Of a stretch of 64,000 nt of DNA, positions 1 through 14,227 are shown piece by piece (position 1 is the first letter of the stretch; each line of letters opens with the position of its first letter). Source of the DNA: the human T2T-CHM13v2.0 reference genome, Homo sapiens; assembly GCF_009914755.1 (NCBI RefSeq), contig NC_060925.1. One strand, written 5' to 3'. The position numbers were made by a program, and so were the translations under genes. The notes under the pieces were generated by a model that was not told the origin of the DNA, searched no databases, and saw nothing but the letters and a program-made list of their open reading frames with translations.

Positions 1-176
1 CCCCACACAAGTTTTCTCTCTTGTCTGCCACCATGTAAGATGTGCCTTTTGCCTTCCACCATGATTGTGAGGCCTCCCCAGCCACACGGAACTGTGAGTG
101 CATTAAACCACTTTTTTTCATAAATTACCCAGTCTCAGGTATGTCTTTATTGGCAGCATGAAAATGGACCAATACA
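1..176 (+). mobile_element. MaLR LTR 3' part (THE1/MST-like)
   Basis: Typical motifs ccatgattgtgaggcctccccagcca, ataaattacccagtctcaggtatgtctttat and terminal aataca. Confidence 0.85.
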
Positions 177-1114
177 AGTAGTAACAATGGGAAGAAAAAG
201 AAGAATCTACTCATTGCCATGCTAGCAGATCAATCCAGCATAGGAGGAGGACGCACAGGAGAATGCTGAGTCTATGCTTTGGAGACAAGAGATGCAATTT
301 GGAATACTGGCTCCACTACCCACTTCAGGATAATCATTTACTCTCTTTAAATTTCTTTGTATATAATAAATAATTACCTTATATTTTTTAATAAGTGGGA
401 TAATATATAAAATGCTTATCACAGTACCTTGCACATAATACATGCTCAATAAGTAATAATAATAATTAACAGCAGGATAATTAAAGACTAAAGAATTTTC
501 TCTAAAGTTAATTATTTCCTGGAAATGTTACCTCACTAAGTTTATCATCAGATGTCTTAATTCAACAAACATTAAATACTCAGATATGTCATGTCATCTG
601 CTGTTCTGGGAAGCAGCATGGTATAGTAAAAATAACTCAGGTTCTGATGAGAAAGCAGCACTGGAATGGAATTCATGGCCCTGTCACTAAGTCAAGTCAT
701 GAGAGCCTCAGTTTTCTCATTTATGAAAGGGGAAAGATAATCCTCACTTCTTAGGGTGGCTGGGAATAGTCAATTAATTAACATGACAAATGTCAAACAC
801 AATGCTGGATGGAACAGATTCACAGTAAATCTTAGTTTTCTTTCCTGAACCACCCAGTGTTCATATTTTTCCATCAATCATCTCTGGATTCTGGTTTCTT
901 CAGCTCTTGGCTTTGAATGATTATACTCCTACTGTGATAAGTTGGCCTGTGCTTTTCCTTAAATAGAAGAGTTTCTGGAGTGTGGAAATTTTGGTGGAGT
1001 CACTTCAGAGGCATCTTCCTCTGCATTCAGTGGATGCATTCAATTTGTTAATGCTGTTGACAAGCTACTGAAGAGACTGTCTCAAAGAGGTGAGTTTGCT
1101 CTGGTTCAATGATC

Positions 1115-1300
1115 CAAGGGCTTCTCAGAGTGTGATGCTGGAACAGCAGCATCACAACATCTGGGCATTTGGTAGAAATGCAAATTCTCAGGCCTACCCC
1201 AGACCTACTGGATCAGAATATCTGGGGGTGAGACCGAGAAATTTGTTCTTTTCAAATTCTGCAGGTGGTTCTGAGGCATGTTAAAGTTTGAGAAACACTG
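1115..1300. mobile_element. MER5A-like hAT-Charlie MITE
   Basis: agaaatgcaaattctcagg..cccagacctactg..atcagaa..aaagtttgagaaacactg. Confidence 0.75.
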
Positions 1301-1563
1301 GTTTATGCTATACCAATAAATACTCAGTACTTCCCTAATAAGGTTTTAGTATAATGCCCTCCCTCAAGGAGGAAGGATGGCCAGATGAACAAAAAAAGAT
1401 ACTGGGCCATATTGAGAATGCATAAGGAGACTCTGAAGGTAGTTAACCTTACTCTACTGGACAGGACAATGGCCATGAAGCCAGGTGAGAATGAGAGAAC
1501 CATCCCACAGATTAGCAACACCTTGATGGAAATAACTACACTCAGCTCTGAATTTCCTGCCAG

Positions 1564-2168
1564 CGGAACCGAGTAGCCCCATTTTTCTAAGAGATGGTTT
1601 AATTATTTTTTTCTCTTTCCCCACTTCTTACTTAGCCCTTTACAAATGTAAAAATACCCTTTTATCACCACCGCCCCACTCCACCAGATACTCTCTACAG
1701 GGCTAGTTCACCTAACTCCTGAAGAGTTAACAGTCAATTTAGAGACTGAACCATGTCCACTACAGAACTTTCACCCACCAGGCCACCAGGAGGTTGCCTT
1801 GAGATAGCAGCTGATTTCTATGAACTCCCCCTACCAGGAGACTGACTCAAGATATGAAACTCCATCCCACCTGGGGCGCTTTTGGCCTAGTCCTGCCCAC
1901 GAAGGTGCCAGCAGTCACCAGCTAAACCACCCAGTAGATAAGGCACCGGAGGTAACACACAGATCCCACACCCTTGCTCACTTCCTCCCCTGCCTTTTTA
2001 AAGTGTCTGATTTCTGTTCCAAAAGCAAAGTGGTATATTTAAAGGCGGGACATCTGTGCTTCTTCCTCTAAGCCAGCTTTGGAAATAAGTCACTTTCTTT
2101 TTACCAGATCTCACTCTTGTTAATCAGACTCTGCAAGCGGCGAGCGATTAACCTGCATTTCGGTTACA
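1564..2168 (+). mobile_element. ERV1-class solo LTR (~605 bp)
   Basis: Degenerate inverted termini (cggaaccg..cggttaca, expected tgtaaccg..cggttaca), 4-bp TSD ccag at 1560-1563 and 2169-2172, poly(A)-signal-like aataag and U5-like cttgttaatcagactctgcaagcggcgag. Confidence 0.75.
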
Positions 2169-3919
2169 CCAGCACTATCCCCTCATTTCTCTTCAACTCA
2201 TCAGCCATTGCCATAGGCATAGAAAGAAGCTCCCCGAAACAGAGAATATAAAACAGATACATTCCCTATTTTATAACAAGAGAAGCCTAAAAACTCTCAT
2301 TTAATAACCTGCTAAGAATAGCATGAATTCCTACACCACATTCAAACTCGGCCGTGTTGGTGAATGTCACTTAACAAGCACAGTTCTTACAGGGGAGACA
2401 GAAGGTTATTTTCAGCTACTTCTCATCTGTCGAATAAAACAACAGCTCCTGCTCCACGGTAACCCATTAACAATGCAGTCTGTGCCACCTCATTTCAACC
2501 AGTGTTTTAATAGCACCACAGATAAAAGCACAGCAATTTCCATAGGCAATTACTTCTGCAAATGAATCAAGAAGGTCAGAAACAGGTTGAAAAGGTCTTC
2601 AGATAATTTGCTACTTTTACTTATTTTGAGCTCGCTGAGTTCTTGATTGCAAAGAGACAACCATTTAGTTACAACGCACATGGCTAAAGGTAGACTGGCT
2701 TGCAGGTTTGCAAACCCAGGTCTTGCTTTACTTCCTAATGAGAGCTCTAAGTTTATTTTTCTCCAATATGAGTCATCAAGAGGAATCTAATTAACAAAGC
2801 CATTTAAAATAACACATAATTTTAAAAGTCATTTAAACAAGCATGTTAATCTTAACTAGGCCCATTTTCCAATAGTAGTTACAGCTACTTTTAAGTTAGA
2901 AACTCTCACAAAACTCGACGTTTATTTTTCTTCTAAATCTCAAAACAAAAATAGAAGTGAAAAACTTTTCAGAAGCCACTACTATCACATTGAAACATCA
3001 TAATAATTGGACAGACAGTGGCTTTTAAAGAAATACTTCTTTCAATAATAAAAATAAATTAAAATCACCTTGCTAATTTTTGCCAACTCTAATCTCAGTA
3101 CCTCTAGCATTTGTTGATTTTCCATACTGAATAACCATGAGTCTCTTGGTTTATCAAAGGCAGAATTGGAATCCTTTAGTTGCTAAGTGACACTGTAAGT
3201 TATAGTGCCTCTTCTCCACATTGCCTCCAAAATAATAATTACCCAAAATAATAGATCCCCCAATCTTCTACCACATAGGATGCCAAGAAGTAGAGAGTTG
3301 TGAGCCTATCATATCTGACAAAACTATTCATTTTGTATAAGTCAGTGGTCCTAATCCTGACTTTGTTGCTGAGGACAAGTGACAAGTGACTTTCACTCTT
3401 TGGGCATAGAAGGCCCAAATATTTGTTTAATCAATGAATAAATGAATAATAATAACAACTGATGCTTATATAGCTCTTATCATGTATGAGTCATTGTTCT
3501 GACTACTTTGCATACATAATTTATCTTAATGGTAGATTCATGATATCCATTTCACTGGTAAAGAATCTAGTCAAAAATGTTTAAGTGACTTCCCCAAAGT
3601 CACCCAGCCAGTAACAGATGGAAGAAAACACCCAGGCAGGTTGGCTTTGAAACTAGTCAACCATTGCATCAAATGCCTCTCTAAACAATAAACACACATG
3701 TCAACTGTGTGCTAGATACTGTCCTAATGCTTACGTATACTGACTCATTTAAATCTCTTAGCAGGCCTATGAGATAGGGACTATCATTAGTCTCATTTGC
3801 ACATGGGACACAGAGAGTTTAAGTAACTTGGCCAAAGTCACATAGTTAGTAAGCATACATAGAGCTAGATTCAAACCTAGGAAGTTTGGATACAAAATCT
3901 ATGCCCTGAACCTTTGTAC

Positions 3920-4130
3920 CAGTGCTTCTCAGCCTCAGCAGCATTGACATTTGTGGCCAATTACTTGGTGTGGGACACTGTGTTGTGCATTGCAGCATGT
4001 TTAGGGACATCCCTGGCCTCTATCTACTAGATGCTAGCAGCACATCCCAGTTGTGAAATGAAGGTGTCTCCAGACATTGATGGCCATGCATTTCTTAGAA
4101 GGCAAATTCGTCCTGATTTGAGAACTACTG
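3920..4130. mobile_element. MER20 DNA transposon fossil
   Basis: cagtgcttctca..gcatgtttag..atccctggcctcta..tagatgctagcagcac..tctccagacattg..ttgagaactactg. Confidence 0.8.
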
Positions 4131-5949
4131 CTCTATGCTCTGCTGCTTTTCCTTGAGTAAACAAACTTGTCAAATGAGGAAGTCAGACAAGAAGCAGGAC
4201 TCCTTGGGGCTCAAAGGGGGCCTAAACTCCCTTTGAGCTCTAATATATGATTATGTATTTAGAAAACTTGAAATGGATGATATTATACAGGGTTTATTCA
4301 TGATGATAAAAACTTGGCTTTTCTCATCTTCTTGGTGCTAGAAAGACAATTTCCAGCCTAATAGTGATGTCCATAACTGACTTTAAAGACATCTTATAAG
4401 CCTACATATTTCTCATTCACAAAGATTTTAATCAGGTAGGAAATAATTCTCTTGCCATTACCCACATCATGAATCTCTGCTGTTTCCCTTCTACCAAATC
4501 TACTGCATCATAGTAATCAGAGCTTTGCAGTCACGCTGACTATCCCGACCCTGCTACTTACTTGCTGTGTGACTTGGAGCAAAACACTTAGTGTGAGTTC
4601 AGTTTTCCTCATCTGTAAAAAGGAGATAATACCATCTGCCTTATAGTAAGATTTTGGTGAGGATTAAATTTGATGATATATATAAAGTGCCCCATGTAGT
4701 ATGTGTTCAACACATGTCAGTTTTTTTGCTATGTTATTACTATTCTAGATATAGCTCAAAACATAATTCTTCCAAAAGCTTCCCAGAACCAACACATAAG
4801 ACTTCCCCACTCTATCCCTAAATGTAGCTCATATGTGGTAACCAACAACACCCACATGGGCCCTATCTACCTGGAACGACAATGACTATTGTTCTCAACT
4901 AGGGGAATATTAGAATCACCAGAAAAGCTTTCTAAAAATTATGTTTTCTCAGGTTTACCTATAGCCAGCAGTGTGATGAGAAGTGGGTGAGCAAGTAGAT
5001 TTTTTTAAACTTCTCATAACTCTTACAGGCACCATTACCTCATCCACGTCTGTGAGCCTCTAATTTAGTTTGCAAGTAACCATTGGATGCCTTATTTTTT
5101 AAAAGTCTTGTTAAGTTAAAGTATTTTAATATGTTTAAGGAAAAGAGTGTAATGTCTTTATGAAACAGATTATAAAACAATAGGCTTAGCCAAAGATGTG
5201 CTTAATGCTAACTGGGTACTAATGATTTAAAAAAAAATAGGAGGAAGAGTTAATTGAAGAAATTAGTAACTAAGTTGATACAGCAACTTTTTCCTAGTTG
5301 AGAGGAAATAATCATAGGCTAGAGTCAGATTTTGCAGAGTCTAGGAAAATATGACATTCTTTATTTTTCCCTTTTTCTTACTTGAAAGAGGAAGGATAAA
5401 GGAAAAATGTGTAGAGAAAAAGGTGATTTTAAGCCTTGAACTCAGAAAGGTCATTATTCTTCAGGAAGAGAGATGGCTTAGGAAGACTGGCCAACTGTCA
5501 GGAGGAGGGAAGCGAGCCTTCACATGGACTCTGAACAGCCAAGATTTGAGTGTCTGCCGTGACACCTCAGACCAGCTTCCTGCCCTGAATTACTGCGGCT
5601 CCAAGGCAATCACGGCTATCCTGAGAGTAGAGAGAAACCTGAAAATTAAGCTAAGCAGTGACTAGTAGTTAGAAAAAAAGTTTAGGAAAAAAAAAACAGC
5701 ATTCAATTTGTATTTAGCTGTTTGATGGGGTATTTATACACTATGATAAACTTGTCAAAAAAAATAACCATTAGAAATCATTGGCTTCCACTCTTCTGTT
5801 AATAGTGTTGCTGTTGATGAAATTCTCTGGGTTTTCCATTCACCACAGCACCACCACAGAACAGTTGACTTGGTGTAGCTACCAAGACTGTAACAGTGCT
5901 TAGGAAAAAATAATCATCCTAGTCTAGTTCACAAAAAGGGATTTTGGCT

Positions 5950-6236
5950 TCTGAATCGTTCTTCTGGATTGCTTGCTCTGGGCGAAGCCAGTGGTCATGC
6001 CATGAAGACACTCAACCAGCCCCAAGGAGATGCACATCATGTGAGGGAGCCATCTTGGAAGTGGCTCCTCCAACCAAATCGTGCCTTCAGATAACAGAAG
6101 CAATAGCCAATATCTGACTGCAACCGGGCTGCTCCCAAATTCTTCATCCATGGAAGCCAGAAAGATAAATTATTGTTGTTGTTTTAAGCCTCTACATTTT
6201 GGGGTAGTTTTCACAGAGGAATAGATAACTCATACA
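5950..6236 (+). mobile_element. MLT1 (MaLR) LTR fragment
   Basis: gccttcagataac..gactgcaacc..ttgttgttttaagcc..ttttggggtagtt..atagataactcataca end. Confidence 0.6.
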
Positions 6237-6327
6237 GAAATGTTATGTCTGTTTCAACTTAAACATCAGCATTTTATTAACTTGAGAACTAATTTGAGAA
6301 AACATTTTATAATTACCTTAAGGAGCA

Positions 6328-7115
6328 TGTAGTAGACAGAAAACAATAGCTACCCAAAGATGTCCACATCCTTTTAATAATCCTAATTCCTAGAACCTAT
6401 GACTATGTTACTTTACAGGGTAGAAGGAACTTTGTGGCCGGGTGCGGTGGCTCATGTCTGTAATCCCAGCACTTTGGGAGGCTGAGGCGGGTGGATCATG
6501 AGGTCAGGAGTTCAAGACCAGCCTGGCCAACATGGTGAAACCCTGTCTCTACTAAAAATACAAAAATTAGCCAGGCATGGTGGCACACACCTGTAGTCTC
6601 AGCTTCTCAGGAGCATGAAGCAGGAGAATTGCTTGAACCCAGGAGGCAGAGGTTGCAGTGAGCCGAGATCATGTCACTACACTCCAGCCTGGGCGACAGA
6701 GAGAGACTCTGTCTCAAAAAACAAAACAAAACAGAAAGGAACTTTGCGGATTGATTAAGGATCTTGGGATGAGAAGATTACTGTGGATTATCCAGATGGA
6801 TCAAAAGTAATCACAAAGATCTTTACAATGGGGAGGGGAAAAAGGTCAAAGGCAGAAGTAGGAGATATGATGACTGAAGCAAGAGGCTGGAATGATGTGA
6901 GGACGGTGACACAAGACAAGGAATATAGGTGGCCTCTAGATGCTGAGAAAGACCAGGGGACAGATTCTTCCCCTGAAGCCTCCAGTAGGAGCACAGCCCT
7001 GCTGACACTTTGATTTTAGACTTTTGACCTCCGGAACTATAAGGGAATAAATTTGTGTTGTTTTAAGCCACCAAGTTCATGTTAATCTATTATAGCGCAA
7101 TAGGAAACCAATGCA
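6328..7115 (+). mobile_element. MLT1D-like LTR interrupted by an Alu
   Basis: 5' cccaaagatgtccacatcc..tatgttac; after the Alu ggattatccagatgg..agattcttcccctgaagcctcc..aataaatttgtgttgttttaagcca..ataggaaaccaatgca. Confidence 0.8.
6436..6733 (+). mobile_element. AluS element
   Basis: Full dimeric Alu with A-rich tail; TSD aaggaactttg on both sides. Confidence 0.95.
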
Positions 7116-7884
7116 GAGCACTTAAATCATACCATCTTAAGTTTTTCAAATCATACTAATGGGTAATGAAAAATGATCTGGGAGCTGTGAGATTTCAGGT
7201 GAATCACTAGAGTGCTTTGAACCTCACCTTGTTTTACCTATAAACTGATGTTTGATTACAATCATCTTGGTGGCCTACCAAAGGCCCCACCTTACGATAC
7301 CATCACACTGGGGATTAGGGCTTTGACATATGAATTGGGGAAGGGAGATACATAATGGAACTGATATCACCATTTAGTCCATAGCAAAGAGTAATAATAA
7401 AAATTAGACCAACTTTCAGTTGGTATATTAATATTTTAAAATTCTCTGTAGAGAATCCACTCATGTAGACCATTCCCACCCCATCCCTCACTTGGGATGC
7501 CCCTGATCCTCCCTGGTTAGAACAACAGGTCAGCGTATGGTGTCAGAATAATAAAGTTTTTTCATTTCTAGACCTCACCATGTATCACCTATAAACTGCA
7601 GTTTGGCCACGATCATCTTGGTGGTCCATGCAGCAACATCTGTAGTGGGTGAGCACATATTTGCTACACAGGAGAGCCAGGAGGAGTGAAACTTAGGGGG
7701 AAACTAGAAGGAATGTGGAGAAGTGGGGTGGATTTCACAACTGGCTATTTAATCAGCAGCAGTACACTCCAGCTAAAAAATTGCAGATCATATGCCCTCT
7801 TTGGAAATTGAAGCTGTACGACTATTTAATTTGAAATGGAGTAGGCTTTTGGACAACCACTTGGTCCAATAGATTAACTCCAGC

Positions 7885-7887
7885 TAT

Positions 7888-7931
<44 letters not shown>

Positions 7932-8078
7932 AGAGATGGGGTCTTACTCTGTCACCCAGGCTGGAGTGTAGTGGCATGATCATAGCTCATTGCAGCCTCG
8001 AACTCCGTGGCTCAAGTAATCCTCCCACCTCAGCCTCCTGAGTTCCTGGGGCTACAGGTATGAGCCACTGTGCCCAGC
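7885..8078 (-). mobile_element. Monomeric Alu (FRAM/FAM-like) with (ATTT)n tail
   Basis: Single Alu arm preceded on the + strand by a (tatt)n microsatellite. Confidence 0.85.
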
Positions 8079-9990
8079 TCTATCTCTTCATTTATTTCAC
8101 AAACATATGCAAGCCTCTCCCTTGGGTGGGGAATGGCACTAGCTCTCAGATGCAATGTCCAATAGGACCTCATCCCAGATGAATAGACAAAGAGATGTGG
8201 TATGGTCAGGGTGCTGTGAAGGGGTGCCCAGTCTAGACTGGGGTGATGGGGCTGGGCAGGGCATGCATTGGGCCCAGAGAAAAATTTTGAAAGGTAAATG
8301 GGAATTAGAGGTATGGCAGGGAAGTGGAGAAGGCAGACTCTCAAGCAAAAGCAACTGATTCAGAGCCCTGGGATGTGGGATATGGATGGAGAGTAGTGAG
8401 AGATGAGGATGGAGAGGCAGGCAGGGGCCAGGCGGGAAGCCTTATACCAGGCTAAGACACTTAGATTTGCCCATGAAACCATTTTCAGAGCTTCATTAAA
8501 TATAATGAGAGTACAGGGACTGGCTTTTGCTAAAGAATTTATACCGACTCAATTATTTCCACCATTTAACTCTTATTGCCTGGGTTAAATCCTGGCAGAG
8601 TAATGAAATCACTTAGAAGGTCCTATGCTTGGTTGAATGCTCCACTGTTGCTGTCTTAAAATTCCTAACAATTTTCAAGCAAGAGGACCCACATTTTTAT
8701 TTTGCACTGGGTTTCACAAAATTATGCTGCTGATTCTGCATGCTTTTCACACCCCATCTGTACCCAATGTTCATATGTTGTTCCCTCCACATAAAAACTC
8801 TCATCTGCCCATTTCTCTGTGCTAGAACCTGATCCCCCTTTCAAGACCCAGCTCAAATGCCATCAAGCCCTTGTCAGTCTCTCCAAGGTTCTCCTCTGGG
8901 CTCCCAAAGTACTTTGCTTTCACTTCTGTCTCAACACGTCACACACTACCTGAAATGTAGTTATGTGCAAACATGCCTTATTCCCCCTACCAGAAGGGAA
9001 AACAAGCCACTCTAGGATCGGGGTGGGAGGGTAGCTTTTCACTTCTGCTGTTCCTCAATGCCTGACACAGAGTAAACTCTCAATACATTATTGATGAACT
9101 GAATTTTACTCCCTGTATTACACAATGATTTCTTGGCCACCAGTGATTCCTCTCTGTGTGAGCTGCTCCTGGATCAGCTCCAGTCCTGCTGACTATGTCC
9201 ATGGTAACTCTGGGCCACCTCAGAAACTATGCTAATGTAAAAATGGGTACCAGGCAGCCAATTACTTCAGGAGAGTGAAATGGCTTTGTAAGTGGTCATA
9301 CATGTGAAGAGTTATCTGAGTGAAAAAAAAACAACCCAAATTTGAAAGTCAATAAGTCAGTGAAATGTTCCACAAAAGAGAACTGATTCCCAGTTGTGCA
9401 GAAAATTGCTCTCAAAGTAAGTGGTACACTGTAAGAAGGCCCAAGAGCCTTCCTGAGGTTGAAGACTCACAGAAGTAGCCAGTGGAACTCAGCTGTAACT
9501 GTCTTTCCCTGAGGCCCATATTGCATTTAGGAAAGTCCCAAGTACAATGTGCTCTCTCCCTGTGTTTTTCTTACAGCACATGTTAATCCATTTGGACCTC
9601 TTTCTTGCTTAAAACCCTCCAAATTCTCTCTTACTAGAGAACAGAGTCCAAATGTCTTAATACAAAATAGCAAACATATATTGAGTGCCTTCTTTATGCC
9701 AAGCACTATGCCAAGTATTTTAAGAGAGATTATGTCATTAAATCCTCACAACAATCCTATATAGAAGGTGCTATTATTATCATCTCTATTTTAAATATTT
9801 GGAAACTGAAATAGAGAGAGGTCAAGTAAATTCCCCCAAATCACACAGCAACCAAGTGGTAGAGCCAAGATTTGAACCCAGGCAGTCTGAGGCCTGAGCG
9901 CTTTATTACTGTACTGGCCCTTGCCTACCTAGACTGCCTCATTTTTCACACCTCTCCCCTGTCTCCTGCCATTCACTGAAGCCCATCTGA

Positions 9991-10203
<213 letters not shown>

Positions 10204-10257
10204 TAAACCTTTGTTCCCAGGATGTCCATTATCCTAGTAAATGTGACCCCCTTAAAT

Positions 10258-11728
10258 CTGGGTTCCAAATTTATTGGTCTTAGGACTCCTTTCCACTTTT
10301 AAGAGATTGAGACCCTCAGGTTTAATTTCTAATATTATAAATATCAATAGATATAATCTTATGTAGATTATATATAGATGTAGACATCTATGTAGATATA
10401 ATCTACATGAGATTATGTCTACAGATATATATCTATTGATATTTGTAATATTAGAAATTAAACCTGAGAAATTTTTAGAATATGTGTTTATTCACTTAAA
10501 AATCCCCTCACTGCATGTTAACATAGATAACATAGTTTATGGAAATAATGATACTGTCCAAAATAGAAAATAATGTGTAAAAGAAATGTTGTTGCTTTAC
10601 ATTGCCAAATCTTTTTAATGTCTGACTTAATAGATGACAACTAGATTCTTATACCTGCTTCTACACTCAATCTAATGTGACATGTTGTTTGGGTTGAAGT
10701 ATATGAAGAAAATCCAGCCTTACACAGACATGTAGTTGGAAAAGGGAGGAGCATTTTAATAGCCTTTTCAGGTAACTAGGGATAGTCTTCTTTGGTACTA
10801 TCCTAGAATTTAACAAGTGATAATACCTTACAGTTTAGTTGTAGTGTGAAATCTGAAACCGTATCAATGAACTTTTCATACTCTTATTTCATGCTCATTG
10901 GTCTTAGATTTTGAATGGCTCTTTTACCCAGCATTATCTTGTAATATCATGCATTGGTCATTTGGAAAATATAGATTTGTTGACTTTTACAGACCTTTTG
11001 AAGAGTCAATACATTTTATTAAGCATTTTAAAAATCACATTTATTAAAATCACCAATCTTATAAAAAGTCTTTTTATTGGAAACTATTGAACTCACAGTG
11101 GCAGATAACAGTTTTTCATCACTCTAATTTTTGCTTGAAAGCCTTAATTTTATCATTGGCAACAAATACTTTCCATTGTTTTCCTTGAAGTGATGGGTTC
11201 ACCTCATTCATTTTCAAGAAAATGTTCTGCCAAATACCCAAATCTGAATAACCATAGTTTGAGAGCCATTCTTTCAAGTAAAAATGGTGTTCTATGAAGA
11301 CAACAGCTACGTCAGCTTGGAATACAATTGCACAAATGCTTTTCCTTAAAACAACCTTGTATTTCAATATGCAGAAGTGCTGGTCTATAGTTCTCATTTT
11401 GTCCCACAGAATATTAAGCTATATTCAGGGATTGGGATTTCACAAATTAATAATTTATATTATGTTATTAAGTGAAACTGGCTTTAAAAAATATATGAGT
11501 ACATGGCAGTGAAGAATACAGTGACTACTAATACAGTTTGAAACTGCCTTAATTCATGCTCAGGTGTCCACCATTTCACACACCTTTGCTTTTGTACTAT
11601 CAGTGTAAATATCAATGCAGTGAAACAGGCAAATATCCTAGTATTATAAAAATAGTTTTGACCTCATGAAGTGTCTGAAAAGGCCTGAGACCACCATAGA
11701 TCCACAAATCACACTTTGAGAACGGTTG
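10258..11728 (-). mobile_element. Charlie1-like hAT DNA transposon fossil with transposase remnant
   Basis: ORF 11119-11397(-) ..NIFLKMNEVNPSLQGKQ..NDKIKAFKQKLE resembles the hAT/Buster transposase motif DIFxxLNxLNxxLQG..KIxAFxxKL; terminus cacactttgagaacggttg. Confidence 0.8.
10315..10468. repeat. AT-rich near-perfect inverted repeat (palindrome)
   Basis: ctcaggtttaatttctaatattataaatatcaatagatata pairs with tatatctattgatatttgtaatattagaaattaaacctgag (1 mismatch); inner arms also pair. Confidence 0.95.
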
Positions 11729-13140
11729 CCCTGCATTCCTCTTTAAAGACAATTCAAATGTCACTTTCTCTTCTTCTGTGCCACCAATGTACCTTGTGTA
11801 AATTTCTGGTATTAGTAAATACAATATTTTATTACAGACAATTGATTATATTCTCTTTCTTACAGATACCAGTAACTTCAGGGCAGAAACTCACATGGTG
11901 TTCATGCAAAGTGTGCGTATAGGCATTTATTATGAGGAACTGGTATTTCACTTGTATCATTGTTTAATTATGATTTTGGAAGACAAAAGTACAAGTATAG
12001 TAGGAGTATTCTGTGTTAATCACTTGGGTGTACAATTCAAATAAATGTGCACGGTGTTTGTATTCTTTACTTTTTTCTGTTTGTTCTAAATCTGTTTACT
12101 GAAATATAAATTTATGTCTGCTGAATCTAATAAAAAAGGGAGTTCTATTTTATTCTTTTTAAATTTAATTTTTCTAATTTTAATTTGTTACATTTTCACA
12201 AAAGTATTAGTGTGAGATGGATTGAATTTTTTTTCAAAATTAAAAACTAGTTCTTCCCCAAAGATAGCCTGAGAAGTACTGAACTAGAGGACTAAGAAAA
12301 GGCCACATGCTACTATTCTCATTTTTTTATTTAAGGATGATTCTCCAGACCCATCATCAGTAGGCGAGCTCTGAGCTTCTTTCTACTTGCAACAATGGGT
12401 TTATGAGGAGCTATCTACACCCGTTCTCCTGGTTCTCTCCCATCCCCATCCCCATGACTTTACAAGGTGATTCCCTATGGAATTAGTAATGCTGCCCAAA
12501 AAGAATAAGGTGAAAATAAGAAATATGGAACCTCAAATCAACTCAATGCATTTCAGATGATAAAACCAACTGTGTGAAGACTCAATAAAAAAGACCAAAC
12601 AATGTAGGAAGCATGACACCTTACCCTTCATGTAAAGGAGAACTTTACAATTATTTTTACTTTTCCTTTCCTTCTTTTGAAAGACAGCACAGCCATCAGA
12701 AAAAAGCTAGCAACCCCCAGTTCAGCCTTCAGGATTTCATTTGAGAACATCTAAGAAGTATTTTTCTTCTCTCCATGAAATTATCTGCTAAAGCAGTTCT
12801 GCAATTATTCTGAATACATAGAAACTAAAATGACTTACACTCTGAAAGTTACATTTCCAACTGACTATGTGTGAAAAGCAGCTTTGGAAAATGTGCCTTT
12901 GTGTGCAGAACCCAGTGAGCAATTACCTATCCCCTCCTATCCAGGCTGTGCAAGCACAGAGCCTGGGCAGCACCTGTACCAAGGCTGCCAGTGCCTGCGG
13001 AGTTGGCACATAGACACCTGGAGTCTGATGGGAAACACGTTCACCGTCAAAGCCCTAGTTTCTTAAACCTGGACTGAATATAAATTTACCTTTTACAATT
13101 TCATAACTATAATTCCAACCTCTTAGAAATATCGGCTTGT

Positions 13141-13447
<307 letters not shown>

Positions 13448-13916
13448 ATATCAGCTTTTAAAATCCCTTTATGACTATGTATTCTCTCCTTCTAATTTTA
13501 TCACACAGCAAACGTTACCATGTACTACTACTTTTCAAGAACCTAGGCTGAGAATTGGTAAGATCAAAGATGACTAAGACAATTTCTATGCTAAATGAGC
13601 TTTTACTATATGCTGAATAATTATTTTAATACTTTATATTTATTGATTACACTTTACATTCAAACAACACAACTGCCTTCATGCCACTGAAATAGGCAGA
13701 GGAAGGATCATTCCCATTTGCTTGAGGAGGAACTGAAGACTAGGACATATTACATCATCTCCTTATGTTAATACCACAAGGGGGCCAATCCAGAACATAA
13801 TGGTAGTTAGGAGCATAGCTTTGGGGTCAGAGGGTTCTGATTCACAAACCAGCTCCAATAGTCATTGCCTTGGCTTCTTATTTTAGGCAAAATTGCCCTT
13901 CTGTGCCTCAGTTCTC

Positions 13917-14227
13917 TCTTGTTTTCTGTTTGTTTGTTTGTTTTTTGGAGACAAAGTCACTCTCACCCAGGCTAGAGTGCACTGGCGTGATCTCGGCCGA
14001 TGGCAACCTTCACCTCCCAGTAAGGTTGGTGGAGTCATTCTCATGTCTCAGCCTCCTGAGTAGCTGTGATTACAGGTGTGCACCACCTGGCTAATTTTTG
14101 TATTTTTATTAGAGATGCGGTTTCACCATGTTGGCCAGGCTGGTCTTGAACTCCTGACCTCAGGTGATCCACTCTTCTCAGCCTCCCAAAGTGCTAGGAT
14201 TACAGGCATGAGCCACCGCACCCGGCC
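13917..14227 (-). mobile_element. AluS element inserted in a MIR
   Basis: Full reverse Alu; MIR sequence (ctgtgcctcagtt..aaaatggagata) continues on both sides. Confidence 0.92.
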
